A stretch of 55,052 nt of DNA, from contig NIVC01004209.1 of the NCBI GenBank assembly GCA_002269645.1, positions 1 through 55,052 on the forward strand, read 5' to 3'. The notes beneath the pieces were generated by a model. The model made no database searches. It saw nothing but the letters and a program-made list of their open reading frames with translations, and was not told the DNA's origin. Source of the DNA: Macrostomum lignano (lineage: Eukaryota). Positions 1-13,624 of this stretch are shown here, one piece after another; within the stretch, counting starts at the first letter, position 1; each line of letters opens with the position of its first letter. A program made the translations under genes and the position numbers.

Positions 1-432
1 GTCTATCAGTGCAATAATCCTTGGCTTATCAAGTGCAGTCAGTCTTGGTTTATCAGTGCATAATCCTTGGCTTATCAAGTGCAAATAATCCTTGGTTTAT
101 CAAGCGCAGTAATCCTTGGCTTATCGAGTGGCAATAATCCTTGGTTTATCAAGCGCAGTAATCTTGCTTATCGAGTGCAATAATCCTTGGCTATCAAGTG
201 CAATAATCCTTGGCTTATCAAGTGCAATAATCCTTGGCTTATCAAGTGCAATAATCCTTGTTTATCAATGCAGTAATCCTTGCTATCAAGTGCAATAATC
301 CTTGGTTTATCAAGTGCAATAATCCTTGGTTTATCAAGTGGCAATAATCCTTGGTTTATCAGTGCAGTAATCCTTGGCCTATCAAGTGCAATAATCCTTG
401 GTTTATCAAGTGCAATAATCCTTGGTTTACAA
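1..432. repeat. 24-bp minisatellite M1 (aatccttggcttatcaagtgcagt)
   Basis: Direct tandem copies without spacers. Confidence 0.95.
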
Positions 433-510
433 CCATAACCTAGGTCTTTTTAATTAGTTTTTTAATAAAAGCTTTCAATAAAAAATTTATGCTACTTTTA
501 TTCTTTTATA

Positions 511-577
511 CACTACTAAGATTCGAACCCAGGTAGCTGCATTAGCAGTCCAGTTTGTTTACATCTAGGCTAGCTCT
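511..577 (-). other. tRNA-derived Pol III promoter-like unit in Helitron 5' block (also about 4054-4117, 6496-6558, 10454-10518, 12554-12618, 33483-33548)
   Basis: Minus strand GAGCTAGCCTAGATG (A-box-like) ... GGACTGCTAAT (as in the tRNA-Ser(GCT) anticodon arm) ... GGGTTCGAATC (B box), then a T-run. No acceptor stem. Confidence 0.6.
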
Positions 578-3477
578 TATTGAAATTATAAAATGAATTT
601 GTAGCACTTATAATTCAACACTCACACCAAGTCAATTGAGTAAAAGTTACACGAGGCAGTTATGACATAATCAATTTTTTAGGCGAGTCAGTACCAGTGT
701 CTATGAAAGTTAACAATATGGTTACGTAATATAAATTCAGTACTACGCTATGCTTTCACACTCAAAGCTGTGACGCAATTCAATTGAGTGTCAAATTCAG
801 CCAGTACACAGACGATAAATAAAGTGTATTGTGATGCAATCTATTTCAGAATCAGAATTCAACCAGTCAGTTTTTCTGCTAGCATTCTTACAATGCATTT
901 CAAGTCGAAAGAGCTGCTTGACCTTTGCAAAAAAGCATGTTTTTCGAATATTTAATCCCTTTAGCATCGAGCAATTTCTTAGCAACGATGCATGTACCGT
1001 CACGGAAAAATTTCTGATCCAATGGTGCAAATTCGAAGAAAATCGGTTGAGCCGTTTTTGCTAAAATCGATCACACACATACCGACAGACCATTTTTAGT
1101 ATATGGACTAGCAGTCTAGCGCCCCCCTTCGGGGTGGCCAATAAGCAAGGGACGAATCCTTTAAAATAAAAAGAATTCTTAGGGAGGGGGCTAGGAATCG
1201 AATTCTCATTTTAATTCTGGCCCTGGGGCTTATGTACCAATAAAACATGCTTGTGTAGAATTAAAAAACTGACAATTCAACCTACTTGCCTTCTTTCAGA
1301 GCAATAGCGTACTACTTCTGTTGCGGTGCAAGCAGTACGCTCTGCAACGGCTGGAAAAGCAACTACAGCTAAAAAAAATTTGTTTCCCAAAGGCCAAAGG
1401 CAACAGTTGCCTATCATGCAGGGAGTCACTGGCGTTGCACCAATTTTAATGATGTCTGCTGTTAACTGTTTTAACGGTTACAGACAAAAACATTGTGTCG
1501 ACAATGTTATTGTATTTGGAGCCAGTGTGGTTATTTGATAGTGGATATTGCCTAGTACAATGACGTATAATTAATTGGTTTGACTTGTTAAAAGTATTGT
1601 TTCCGTAATTTAGATTTTGTACTTTTGTACTTTTAAAATTGCGACTCAAATACCAATATTTTCCCACAGCCTAATTTCCTTTTAGCTACAGTTCTTTTTG
1701 CAGTTTGCATGTGCTCCTAACCCTTTTCATCTTTATTCTCTCATACGGTAATTAAAACGCAATTTTATTTTAAGTCACTCGCCACTCAACTCTAGTAAGT
1801 TATTTTACGACTTTGGTTTGACCCATTTTGCAAATCATGCATACAACTTTGAAATACATGGATTCACAGCTCTGGTTAACTGATGCAATATATCTGTGCG
1901 ACTCCTACACTAAATTTTTCATCGACATATTCAACTCCACTTGATTAATTCCTTAACTGCGAAACAAGTGTGTGATTAATGTATAGATTTTTAACGTAAT
2001 AAAAACGAACCTGTGCTTGGGCCGCTTTCACTCTCATTACCCCAGATAATAGGGAATAGGGGGCATAAGCCAGTGTACTTAGCATGTACTGCGCTTTGGA
2101 AAAAATTCGACATCGTTGGCGCCCCAGTAAAGAGGCTTGTTAAAAAATTCTCAACCAAACTTTTCTAGCTGCCTGACAAGACTGTACTATCATATACGCC
2201 TACCCATTCCCCCAGGGGGGACACGCCAGTGTACTTAGCAACGTACAGTGTCGGAATAACTTCTTCATTTGCGCCGGTGGAGAGGGGCGCAGTCAGTCAT
2301 TAGCGGAAACAAGTACAACAAAGTATATACTACGCTCATAACTACATATACTTAAAGTACATGTAAAACACTGCAACCTGCAGCTACCATATTGATCACA
2401 CACCCAGACCTGTACATTTGAAGCAATCTAACTAACAAAAATCAGAATGGCTGACAATAAATATTTTAGTATATAAAATTTTCATTCTTCTTTACAGTCA
2501 CAAATTAGGGAGCAGTCTCCCATTAATTAGTACTCAATAATCCTTTCCTCTGCGTATTCAGACGAAAACAAGAAAAACTCTGCACTGTAATGTTAATAGC
2601 AAATTTAAAAACGCAATCAAATGCAAGTAGTCATTTTATTTACTCCGTATATTTACAATTGCAAAGTCATAAAAGGATAAGAACTAAGATGTTTTTGCAG
2701 AAGGCTTCGCCAACAAGATGGTACCATTGCACAAATTCTGTTACGAATTTTTCATTGGTGTCAATCTTACCACTTGTTGGCTTGCTTAAGTCTGCACAGC
2801 TGGACAGAGGCATTCACTTGGGGCATGTAAATTTCAGGCATTACTAATGAGCATGTAAGAACAGTTTGCAACCCTCCTCTTTTTGCAACCAGGCTTGGGA
2901 CTGGCTTCGGCAGAGTTAAAGCCATCACAACAGACTATCTGGGGTTTGCAAAGGCTGCTTCAACCCCCCTCTGGCTGCATTTGCATGTACGAGGGCCATT
3001 CCAAAAGTTCATGCAATCAGAAAATTTCTCCCACCACAAAAAGCTGCCAATTTGAGCTTCTCTCACCGCAATACCAGACTCTCTGGCCGAACCCCTCAGC
3101 AGAATATGGACAGGATTCTTACTGAACTATCAAGACTGTCTCTGGCTCAACCCCTCAATCAGAAAATCAATCGAATTTTCCTATCGCTTTGGGACAGGAC
3201 TCTTATTGAGCTTTTATCATCCAACTATTACGACTTTCTCCGGCTCAACCCACAATCAGAACATTATTTGATTGAATTTCCATATCGCCTGGAAAATGAG
3301 TCTAATAATTTCACAAATTAGTAGAATTCAAATTCTATTCTAACGGGCAGACATAACAAAATCCCTTCCTTAATCTGCACAAATGCACCGGTAATTACCA
3401 TGAACTTCTGGATTGGCCCACGTATTAGAGTGGAAGAAATCTACCAGGGACATACAAAGCAGCGAAATGTCCATTTC

Positions 3478-3985
3478 AACCTTGGCTTATCGAGTGCAGT
3501 AATCCTTGGTTTGCCAAGTGCAGTAATCCTTGGTTTATTAATAGCAATAATCCATGGCTTATCGAGTGTAGTAATCCTTGGTTTATTAATATCAATAATC
3601 CTTGGCTTAACGAGTGCAGTAATCCTTGGTTTATTAATAGCAATAATCCTTGGCTTATCGAGTGCAGTAATCCTTGGTTTATTAATAGCAATAATCCTTG
3701 GCTTATCGAGTGCAGTAATCCTTGGTTTATTAATAGCAATAATCCTTGGCTTATCGAGTGCAGTAATCCTTGGTTTGCCAAGTGCAGTAATCCTTGGTTT
3801 ATTAATAGCAATAATCCATGGCTTATCGAGTGCAGTAATCCTTGGTTTATTAATATGAATAATCCTTGGCTTATCGAGTGCAGTAATCCTTGGTTTATTA
3901 ATAGCAATAATCCTTGGCTTATCCAGTGCAGTAATCCTTGGTTTATTAAGAGCAATAATCCTTGGCTTATGGAGTGCAGTAATCT
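3478..3985. repeat. 24-bp minisatellite M1 with alternating variants (48-bp dimer)
   Basis: aatccttggcttatcgagtgcagt alternating with aatccttggtttattaatagcaat. Confidence 0.95.
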
Positions 3986-4572
3986 AAGTGTTTTTATTTA
4001 GCTTTGAATAAAAAAAAGCTTTTAATAAAAAAATTTACACTACTACTTTTAAACTACTTAGATTCGAACCCAGGTTGCTGCATTAGCAGTCTGGTCTGTT
4101 CAGCTCTAGGCTAGCTCTCATCGAAGTTATCAGTGAATTTGTACCACTTATATAATTCAACACTCACACAAAGTCAGGTAGAGTAAAAAGTCACGAAGCA
4201 GTTATGACATAATCAATTTCTTAGGCAAGTCAGTACCAGTCTCTATAAAAGTTAACAATATGGTTACGCAATATAAATTGAGTACTGTGCTATGCTTTCA
4301 CACTCAACGCTGTGACGCAATTCAATTGAGTGTCTTGTGTATTGTGATGCAATCTATTTTAGAATCAGAATTCAACCAGTCAGATTTTCTGCTAGCATTC
4401 TTACAATGCATTTCGATGCTTGACCTTTGCAAAAAAGCATGTTTTTCGAATATTTAATCCATTTAGCATCGAGTAATTTCTTAGCCATGATGCATGTACC
4501 GTCACGGAAAAATTTCTGATCGAACAGTGCAAGTTCGAAGAAAATCGGTTGAGCCGTTTTTGCTAAATTCGA

Positions 4573-4575
<3 letters not shown>

Positions 4576-4625
<50 letters not shown>
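4576..4625. repeat. (CA)n microsatellite near E1 5' end
   Basis: Expanded version of the short CACA run found at the same position in other copies. Confidence 0.95.
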
Positions 4626-4628
<3 letters not shown>

Positions 4629-4911
4629 CGACAGACCATTTCTAGTATATGGACTAGCAATCTAGTGCGGCCCCCCGTTCGGGGCGCCCAATAAGAACGA
4701 AGCAAAAATAGTTTATGGAAATCAATGAAAAAGCACATTTTCTTAAAAACTAAGTCCTTCATCACTTTTAAAAATCACCTTATTCATTTAAAATTGTCAT
4801 GGACAATAATATTTGCTATGAATCTCTTTTTTTCTAAAATTAACAAACAGACAAGAAAATATAGCTTTCACAAAGATCACAGTCATTACCCCTAAATAGA
4901 AAATATTCCCA

Positions 4912-5275
4912 AGACAGCAAGCATCCCCCAGTAGCAAGCACCCTCCTCCAAAAGTAAACAACCGCAGATAGCAAGCATCCCCTAATACTCCTAGCAAGTA
5001 TCCACCCAGATAGCAAGCATCCCCTAATACTCCTAGCAAGCATCCACCCAGATAGCAAGCATCTGCAGATAGCAAGCATCTGCAGATAGCAAGCATCCCC
5101 CAAATAGAAGCATCCCCCGGATAAAAGCATCCACCCAGATAGCAAGCATCCCCCAAATAATGTAGAAGCATCCTTCCAGATAGCAAGCATCCCCCAAATA
5201 ATGTAGAAGCATCCTTCCAGATAGCAAGCATCCTGCACATAGCAAGAATTCCTAAATAGCAAGCATCCCTGGATA
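4912..5275. repeat. ~18-bp minisatellite M2 (gatagcaagcatccccca)
   Basis: Tandem copies; also at about 7245-7525, 11140-11370 and 34175-34290, always near a 3' end. Confidence 0.9.
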
Positions 5276-5299
5276 GAAATAATCCTATACATGTAGCCA

Positions 5300-6402
5300 A
5301 GCTTATCAAGCGCAGTAATCCTTGGCTATGGAGTGAAGTAATCCTTGGTTTATTAAGACCAATAATCTTTGGCTTATCGAGTGCAGTAATCCTTGGTTTA
5401 TTAATAGTAATAATCCTTGGCTTCTCGAGTGCAGTAATCCTTGGTTCTCCAAGTGCAGTAATCATTGGTTTATTAATAGCAATAATCCTTGGCTTCTGGA
5501 GTGCAGTAATCCTTGGTTTTCCAAGTGCAGTAATCCTTGGTTTATTAAGAGAAATAATCCTTGGCTTATCGAGTGCAGTAATCCTTTGTTTTCCAATTGC
5601 AGTAATCCTTGGTTTATTCATAGCAATAATACTTGGCTTATCGAGTGCAGTAATCCTTAGTTTTCCAAGTGCAGTAATCCTTGGTTTATTAATAGCAATA
5701 ATACTTGGCTTATCGAGTGCAGTAGTCCATGGTTTATTAATAGCAATAATCCTTGGCTTATAGAGTGCAGTAATCCTTGGTTTGCCAAGAGCAATTGACC
5801 TTGGTTTATCGAGTGCATTAATCCTTGGTTTAATAATAGCAATAATCCTTGGCTTATCGAGTGCAGTAATCCTTGGTTTATTAATAGCAATAATCCTTGG
5901 CTTCTTGAGTGCAGTAATCCTTGGTTTGCCAAGAGCAATTGACCTTGGTTTATCGAGTGCATTAATCCTTGGTTTAATAATAGCAATAATCCTTGGCTTA
6001 TCGAGTGCAGTAATCCTTGGTTTATTAATAGCAATAATCCTTGGCTTCTCGAGTGCAGTGATCCTTTGTTTATTAATAGCAATAATCCTTGGCTTCTCGA
6101 GTGCAGTAATCCTTGGTTTATTAATAGCAATAATCCTTGGCTTCTCGAGTGCAGTGATCCTTTGTTTATTAATAGCAATAATCCTTGGCTTCTCGAGTGC
6201 AGTAATCCTTGGTTTATTAAATAGCAATAATCCTTGATTAATCAAGTGCAGTAATCCTTGGTTTGCCAAGAGCAATAGTCCTTGGTTTATCGAGTGCAGT
6301 AATCCTTGGTTTATTAATAGCAATAATCCTTGGCTTCTCGAGTGCAGTAATCTTTGGTTTGCCAAGAGCAATAGTCCTTGGTTTATCGAGTGCAGTAATC
6401 TA
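5300..6402. repeat. 24-bp minisatellite M1
   Basis: Same unit as 1-432 and 3478-3985. Confidence 0.95.
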
Positions 6403-7099
6403 AGTTTTGTTTTATTAAAGGACTAAATGTTCTATTAAAGGACTAAATATTTATTAAAAGCTTTTAATAAAAAATTTTACACTACTACTTTTAAACTACT
6501 TAGATTCGAAACCAGGTCGCTGCATTAGCAGTCTAGCTCTTCAGCTCTAGGCTAGCTCTCATCGAAGTTATCAGTGAATTTGTACCACTTATATAATTCA
6601 ACACTCACACAAAGTCAGGTAGAGTAAAAAGTCACACGAAGCAGTTATGAAATAATCAATTTCTTAGGCAAGTCAGTACCAGTGTCTATGAAAGTTAAAA
6701 AATGGTTACGTAATATAAATTGGGTACTGCGCTATGCTTTCACACTCAAAGCTGTGACGCAATTCAATTGAGTGTCAAATTCAGCCAGTACACAGACGAT
6801 AAATAAAGTGTATTGTGATGCAATCTATTTCAGAATCAGAATTCAACCAGTCAGTTTTTCTGCTAGCATTCTTACAATGCATTTCAAGTCGAAAGAGCTG
6901 CTTGACCTTTGCAAAAAAGCATGTTTTTCGAATATTTAGTCCCTTTAATATTAAGCAATTTCTTAGCCAAGATGCATGTACCGTCACGGAAAAATTTCTG
7001 ATTGAACAGTGCAAGTTCAAACAAAATCGGTTGAGCCGTTTTTGCTAAAATCGATCACACACACACACACATACCGACAGACCATTTTTAGTATATGGA

Positions 7100-10000
7100 C
7101 TAGCAATCTTCGCCCCCCGTTGGGGGACATCTGGATAGAATCTCTGTTCTCTACAAGTAACAAAAAGACAGCCAAATAAAGCCTTCACAAAGACGACAGA
7201 CAAACTGCTCAAATAAAGTGTAATGCAAAAAGAAATCATCCCAAGACGGCAAGCATCCCCCAGATAGCAAGCATCCCCCAGATTGCAAGCATCCCCCAGA
7301 TAGCAAGCATCCCCCAGATTGCAAGCATCCCCCAGATAGCAAGCATCCCCCAGATTGCAAGCATCCCCCAGATAGCAAGCATCCCCCAGATTGCAAGCAT
7401 CCCCCAGATAGCAAGCATCCCCCAGATTGCAAGCATCCCCCAGATAGCAAGCATCCCCAGATTGCAAGCATCCCCAGATAGCAAGCATCCCCCAGATAGC
7501 AAGCATCCCCAAATAGTAAGCATCCACCATACAATAAGTAGCTAGTGCTACAATTTCCTTAGCTCTATAGTGGCTCCTTTAAAATTAGCATGACGCTTAC
7601 TTTTACGTTTGAAATTGTGTAAATTTTATGTTTGACATGGTGGCTCTTTAATGTTTGACATGGTGGCTCTTTTATGTTTGATTCGGGGTTTTTTTATTGT
7701 CTGACATGGTGTCTGTTTATTGTTTGACATAGTGGCTCTTTTATGTTTGACATGGTGGTTCTTTTATGTTCGACATGGTGGCTCTTTTATGCTTGACATG
7801 GTGGCTATTTACTGTTTGACATGGAGTCACATATATGTTTGACATGGTGGCTCTTTAATGTTTGACATGGTGGCTGTTTTATGTTTGACATGGTGGCTCT
7901 TTAATGTTTGAAATGGTGGCTCTTTAATGTTTGACATGATGGCTCTTTTATGTTTGACATGGTGGCTCTTTAAATGTTTGACATGGTGGCTCTTTTATGT
8001 TTGACATGGTGGCACCTTAATGTAATGTTGGCTCTTTAATGTTTGAAATGGTGGCTCTTTAATGTTGGACATGGTGGCTCTTAAATGTTCGACATGGTGG
8101 CTCTTTTATGTTTGAAATGGTGGCTCTTTTATGATTGACATGGTGTCTCTTTTATTTTCGACATGGTGGCTCTTTAATGTTTGACATGGAGTCAAGTATA
8201 TGTTTGACATAGTGTCTCCTCTATGTTTGACATGGTGGCTCTTTAATGTTTGACATGGTGGCTCCTCTATGTTCGACATGGTGGCTATTTTATGTTTGAC
8301 ATGGTGGCTCTTCTATGTTTGACATGTTGGCTATTTTTTGTTTGACATGATAGCTCTTTAATGTTTGACATGGTGGCTCTTTAATGTTTGACTTGGTGGC
8401 TCTTTGATGTTCGACATGGTGGCTCGTTAATGCTCGACATGGAGTCATATATATGTTTGACATGGTGGCTCTTTAATGTTCGAATTGGAGTCATATATAT
8501 GTTTGACATGGTGGCTCTTTAATGTTTGATATAGAGTCATGTATATGTTTTACATGGTGGCTTTTTAATGTTTGACTTGGTGGCTCTTTGATGTTTGACA
8601 TGGTGGCTTTTTAATGTTTGACATGGTGGCTCTTTTATGATTGACATGGTGGCTCTTTTATGTTTGAAATGGTGGCTCTTTTATGATTGACATGGTGGCT
8701 CTTTAATGTTTGACATGGTGGCGCTTTAATGTTTGACATGGAGTCAGTCACGTGTATGTTTGACATGGTGGCTCTTTATGCTTGACATGTAGGCTCTTTA
8801 CTGTTCGACATGGTGGCTCTTTTATGTTTGGCATGGTGGCGCTTTTATGTTTGACATGGTGGCTCTTTCATGTTCGACATGGTGGTTCTTTAACATTTGA
8901 CATGGTGGCTCTTGAATGTTTGACATGGTGGCTCTTTAAAATTTGACATGGAGTCACCTATATGTTTTACATGGTGGCTCTTTTATGTTCGACATGGTGG
9001 CTCTTTAATGTTCGCCACGTTTGTCATCAGATTTTTCATGTTTGAGTCACGTATATGTTTGACATGGTGGCTCTTTTATGTTTGACATGGTGGCTCTTTT
9101 ATGTTTGACATGATGGCTCTTTTATGTTTGACATGATAGCTCTTTTATGTTTGACATGGTGGCTCTTTAATGTTTGACATGGTGGCCCTTTAATGTTCGA
9201 CATGGAGTCATGTATATGTTTGACATAGTGGCTCTTTGATGTTTGACATGGTGGCTCTTTAATTTTCGACATGCCGGCTCATTAATGTTTTACATTGTGA
9301 TTCTTTAATGTTTGACATAGTGGCTCTTTAAAGTTCGACATGGTGGCTCTTTAATGTTCGACATGGTGGCTCTTGAATGTCTGACATGGAGTCATGTATA
9401 TGTTTGACATGGCGGCTCTTTAATGTTCGACATGGTGGCTCTTTAATGTTTGACATGGTGGCTTATTTATGTTTAACCTGGCCTGGCTCTTTAATGTCTT
9501 ACATGGATTCATGTATATGTTTGACATGGCGACTCTTTAATGTTTGACATGGCGACTCTTTAATGTTTGACATGGTGGCTCTTTAATGTTTGACATGGTG
9601 GCTTATTTATGTTTAACCTGGCCTGGCTCTTTAATTTTCAACATTGTGGCTCTTTAATGTTCGACATGGTGGCTCTTTTATGTTTGGCATGGTGGCTCCT
9701 TAATGTTTCGCATGGTGGCTCTTTTATGTTTAACATGGTGGTCTTTTATTTTTAACATGGCCTGGCTCTTTATTGTTTAACATCGTGGCTCTTTAATTTT
9801 CAACATCGTGTTTATTTAATGTTCGACATGGTGGCTCTTTAATGTTTGACATAATGGCTCTTTTATGTTTGGCATGGCTTTAATGTTTGACATGGTGGCT
9901 CTTTAATGCTTGACATGGTGGCTCTTTAATGTCTGACATGGAGTGCATGGAGTCTTCATGTCACGTTATGTTTTACATGGTGGCTCTTTTATGTTTGTGG

Positions 10001-10994
10001 CTCTTTTAATGATGGCTCTTTAATGTTCGACATGGTGGCTCTTTAAACATCGTGGCTCGTGTTTAGTTCACATGGTGGCTCTTTAATGTTTGACATGGCT
10101 CTTTTCATGGTGGTTCATGTTTGAGGTGGCAATGCTTGACATATGTTTGACATGTTTGACATGGAGTCACGTATATGTTTGACATGGAGTCACGTATATG
10201 TTTTACATGGTGGCTCTTTTATGTTTGACATGATGGCTCTTTAATGTTCGAATGATGGCTCTTTAATGTTCGACATGGTGGCTCTTTAAAGTCTCACATG
10301 GAGTCACGCATATGTTTGACATTGAGTCATGTATATGTTTGACATGGTGGCTCTTTAATGTTTTAGATGGTTGGCTCTTTAATGTTTGATATTGCGCTTC
10401 CTTTATGTTTAGCTTTTTGTGTTTTAGGGTGTTTTGATAAAAAAATTATTTTGCACTACTAAGATTCGAACCTAGGTCGCTACATTAGCAGTCCAGTCTG
10501 TTCGCATCTAGGCTATCTCTTTTCAATAGGAGAACATGAACTGTTGCCCTTATAATTTATTTTTTATAGCAAGTCAATTAGAGTAAAAAGTTATGACATA
10601 ATTAATTTCTCAGTCAGCCAGTATCAGTCTCAGTTCAAGTTAGCAATATTGGTTACGCAATTTAAATCAAGTCGTGTGTGCATTTCTTCGGCACTGTTTT
10701 CAACTTGTTGTGATGCAATCTTTATCAGAATTGAAATTCAGTTAGTCAGGTTTTTCTCTAGCATTCTTACAATGCATTTCAAGTCGAAAATTTTGCTTGA
10801 CCTTTGCAAAAAAGCATGTTTTCGAATATTTAATCCCTTTAACATTGAGCAATTTCTTAGCCAAGATGCATGTACCGTCCCAGGAAAATTTCTGATCGAA
10901 TGGTGCAAGTTTGAAGAAAATCGGTTGAGCCAATTTTTCTGAAATCTATCGCATACCCACATACCCACAGACAACTCATTTTTAGTATATAGGA
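7100..10994 (-). mobile_element. Non-autonomous Helitron E3 (~3.9 kb)
   Basis: 3' CTAG at 7100-7103, hairpin ccccccgttggggg, 5' TCCTATATACTAAAAA terminus at 10994. Body is 18-bp and 23-bp minisatellites. Confidence 0.85.
7628..10410. repeat. 23-bp minisatellite M3 (atgtttgacatggtggctcttta)
   Basis: Long tandem array with an interspersed 'gacatggagtcacgtatat' variant. Confidence 0.95.
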
Positions 10995-13086
10995 CTAGCA
11001 ATCTTCGCCCCCCGATGGGGGACATCTAGATAGAATCTCTGTTCTCTACAAGTATCAATAAGATGGCCAAACAAAGCCTTCACATAGTCAATAGAAAAAC
11101 TGCTCAGATGAAGTGCAATGCAAAAAGAAAACATCCTAAGACAGCAAGCATCCCCCCAGATAGCAAGCACCACCAGATAGCAAGCACCCCCAGATAGCAA
11201 GCACCCCCAGATAGCAAGCACCCCCAGATAGCAAGCACCCCCAGATAGCAAGCACCCCAGATAGCGAGCACCCCAGATAGCAAGCACCCCCAGATAGCAA
11301 GCACCCCAGATAGCAAGCAACCAATTGATAGCAAGTATTGATCCTATACTAAATAGCAAGCATCCACTGGACAATAAGTACGAGTAGCAAGTGCAACAAT
11401 TTCCTTAGCTTTATAATGGCTCCTTTGTGATTGGCATGACGCTTCTTTTTACGTTTGAAATTGCGTCTCCTATGTTTGACTTGGTGGCTCTTTATTGTTC
11501 GACATGCTGGCTTTTTACTGTTAGACATGGTAGCTCTTCTATGTTTGACATGGTGGCTCTTCTATTTTTGAAATGGTGGCTCTTTAATGTTCGACATGGT
11601 GGCTCTTTAATGTTCGACATAGTGGCTCTTTAATGTTAGACATGGTGGCTCTTCTATGTTTGACATGGTGGCTCTTCTATTTTTGACATGGTGGCTCTTT
11701 AATGTTCGACATGGTGGTTCTTTAATGTTTGACATGGTGGTTCTTTAATGTTCGACATGGTGGCTCTTTAATGTTCTACATGGTGGCCCTTTAATGTTCG
11801 ACATGGTGGCTTTTTACTGTTAGACATGGTGGCTCTTTTAGGTTTGACATAATGGCTCTATAATGTTTGACATGGTGGCTCTTTAATGTTCGATATGGTG
11901 GCTCTTTTATGTTAGACATGGTGGCTCTTTTAGGTTTGACATGATGGCGCTTTTATGTTTTGACATGGCGGCTCTTTAATGTTTGACATGGTGGCTCTTT
12001 AATGTTCGATAAGGTGGCTCTTTAATGTACGACATGGTGGCTCTTTAAACATGTTAAACATGGTGGCTCTTTAATGTTTTACATGGTGGCTCTTTAATGT
12101 TTGACATGGTGGCTCTTTAATGTTCGACATGGTGGCTCTTTAATGTTTGACATAAAGTCACATATATGTTTGAATGGTGGCTCTTTAATGTTCATGACAT
12201 GGTGGCTCTTTATGTTCGAATGGTGGCTCTTTAATGGTTCTGAAATGGTGGCTCTTTTATGTTTGACATGGTGGCTCTTTAAATGTTTGACATGGTGGCT
12301 CTTTAATATCTTTGACATGGTGGCTCTTTAATGTTCGACATGGTGGCTCTTTAATGTTCGACATGGTGGCTCTCTTTATGTTTGATGGTGGCTCTTTTAC
12401 ATGTGGCTCTTTAATGACATGTTGCTCTTTTATGTTTGACATGGTGGCTCTTATGTTCGACATGTTGGCTCTTCTATGTTTGACATTGCGCTTCTTTGAT
12501 GTTTAGCAGTTTTGTTGTGTTTTTAAGGTGTTTTAATAAAAAAAATCTTTTTGCACTACTAAGATTCGAACCCAGGTCGCTACATTAGCATTCCAGTCTG
12601 TTCGCATCAGGGCTATCTCTTTTCAATTGGAGAACATGAATTGCGGCCCTTATAATTCAATTCTTACAGCAAGTCAATTGGAGTAAAAAGTTATGACATA
12701 ATCAATTTCTCAGTCAGCCAGTATCAGTCTCAATTTAAGTTAGCAATATGGTTACGCAATTTAAATCAAGTCGTGTGTGCATTTCTTCAGCACTGTTTTC
12801 AATTTGTTGTGATGCAATCTTTATCACAATCGGAATTCAGTCAGTCAGTTTTTTCTCTAGCATTCTTACAATGCATTTCAGGTCGAAAGAGCTGCTTGAC
12901 CTTTGCAAAAAAGCATGTTTTTCGAATATTTAATCCCTTTAACATTGAGCAATTTCGTAGCCAGGATGCATGTACCGTGCCAGGAAAATTTCTGATCAAA
13001 TAGTGCAAGTTTGAAGAAAATCGGTTGAGCCAATTTTTCTGAAATCTATCGCATACCGACAGACAACTCATTTTTAGTATATAGGA
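10995..13086 (-). mobile_element. Non-autonomous Helitron E4 (~2.1 kb), same family as E3
   Basis: 3' CTAG at 10995-10998 plus hairpin. Same 3' block, repeat types and 5' block as E3, with a shorter array. Confidence 0.85.
11470..12505. repeat. 23-bp minisatellite M3
   Basis: Same unit; a few remnant copies also at about 35680-35800. Confidence 0.95.
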
Positions 13087-13624
13087 TTTTGATTTTTAGT
13101 ATAATGGATGGACTAGCCATTTAGCCCCCCGCTGGGGAGCCCTAAAATGACACCAATTGGTTTTTATTTTGACACAAGAGTAACCTTACTATAATTATCC
13201 AAAATGGGGATTTCCATTCATCAAAAATTACCTTTTCTCATTTTGGCAAAAATAAATTTCCATGAATCAGAACTTTCATCAGCCAAAAAAGTTTCCTTCA
13301 TCAGCCCAAAACCCTTTCTCAATCAGCAAATAGTGCTGATCCTTTCAAGCACAAACTCTTAGTGCATATCGTCGCTGGCCGGGGCATATTCTTATCCGCA
13401 GCAAATATGCAAATCATTGACGGCCTTAGACCCTCTCTTTTAATTAGCCTAAATCAAAGAATGAAACCTTTAATAAATGCGCTGGTATTTCCTATTAGCA
13501 GAAATCAGCATCACTTGTGTGTACTATTTCAATATCTGAACTACATGAGCTACTTCAGCCGTACTACCTAACTATCTGACAATCGCCCAACAACCTAACA
13601 CCCCAACAATTCAGCCATCGTCCA

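Larger units (their letters stand above)
1..1107 (-). mobile_element. Helitron E0, 5' portion (non-autonomous as far as visible; continues left of window)
   Basis: Minus strand starts TCCATATACTAAAAATGG at 1107. Conserved ~600-bp 5' terminal block (about 480-1107) shared with six other copies, followed by a 24-bp minisatellite. Confidence 0.85.
1108..4653 (-). mobile_element. Non-autonomous Helitron E1 (~3.5 kb)
   Basis: 3' CTAG at 1108-1111 with GC hairpin 1121-1138 (gccccccttcggggtggc). 5' TCCATATACTAG terminus at 4653 with a (CA)n expansion at about 4576-4625. Confidence 0.85.
4654..7099 (-). mobile_element. Non-autonomous Helitron E2 (~2.4 kb)
   Basis: 3' CTAG at 4654-4657, hairpin about 4669-4688, conserved 5' block ending TC at 7099. 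Body is mostly 18-bp and 24-bp minisatellites. Confidence 0.85.

Noticed and set aside
511-577. Genuine tRNA-Ser gene
   Set aside because: No pairing acceptor stem and no long variable arm; treated as tRNA-derived only.
797-1064. Recurrent 60-97 aa ORFs (MMQSISESEFNQ..., MHHWIRNF...) in each 5' block
   Set aside because: Starts, stops and frames differ between copies; the conservation is that of a terminal DNA sequence.
3400-7534. Long ORFs such as LGLSSAVI-, LGDACY- and KPRITAL-repeat proteins
   Set aside because: Translations of minisatellites whose unit length is a multiple of 3; open in several frames and strands, with no splice or start context.
7628-12505. CRISPR-like appearance of the 23-24-bp arrays (also M1, M7)
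   Set aside because: Units are contiguous with no unique spacers, there are no cas genes, and the context is eukaryotic.
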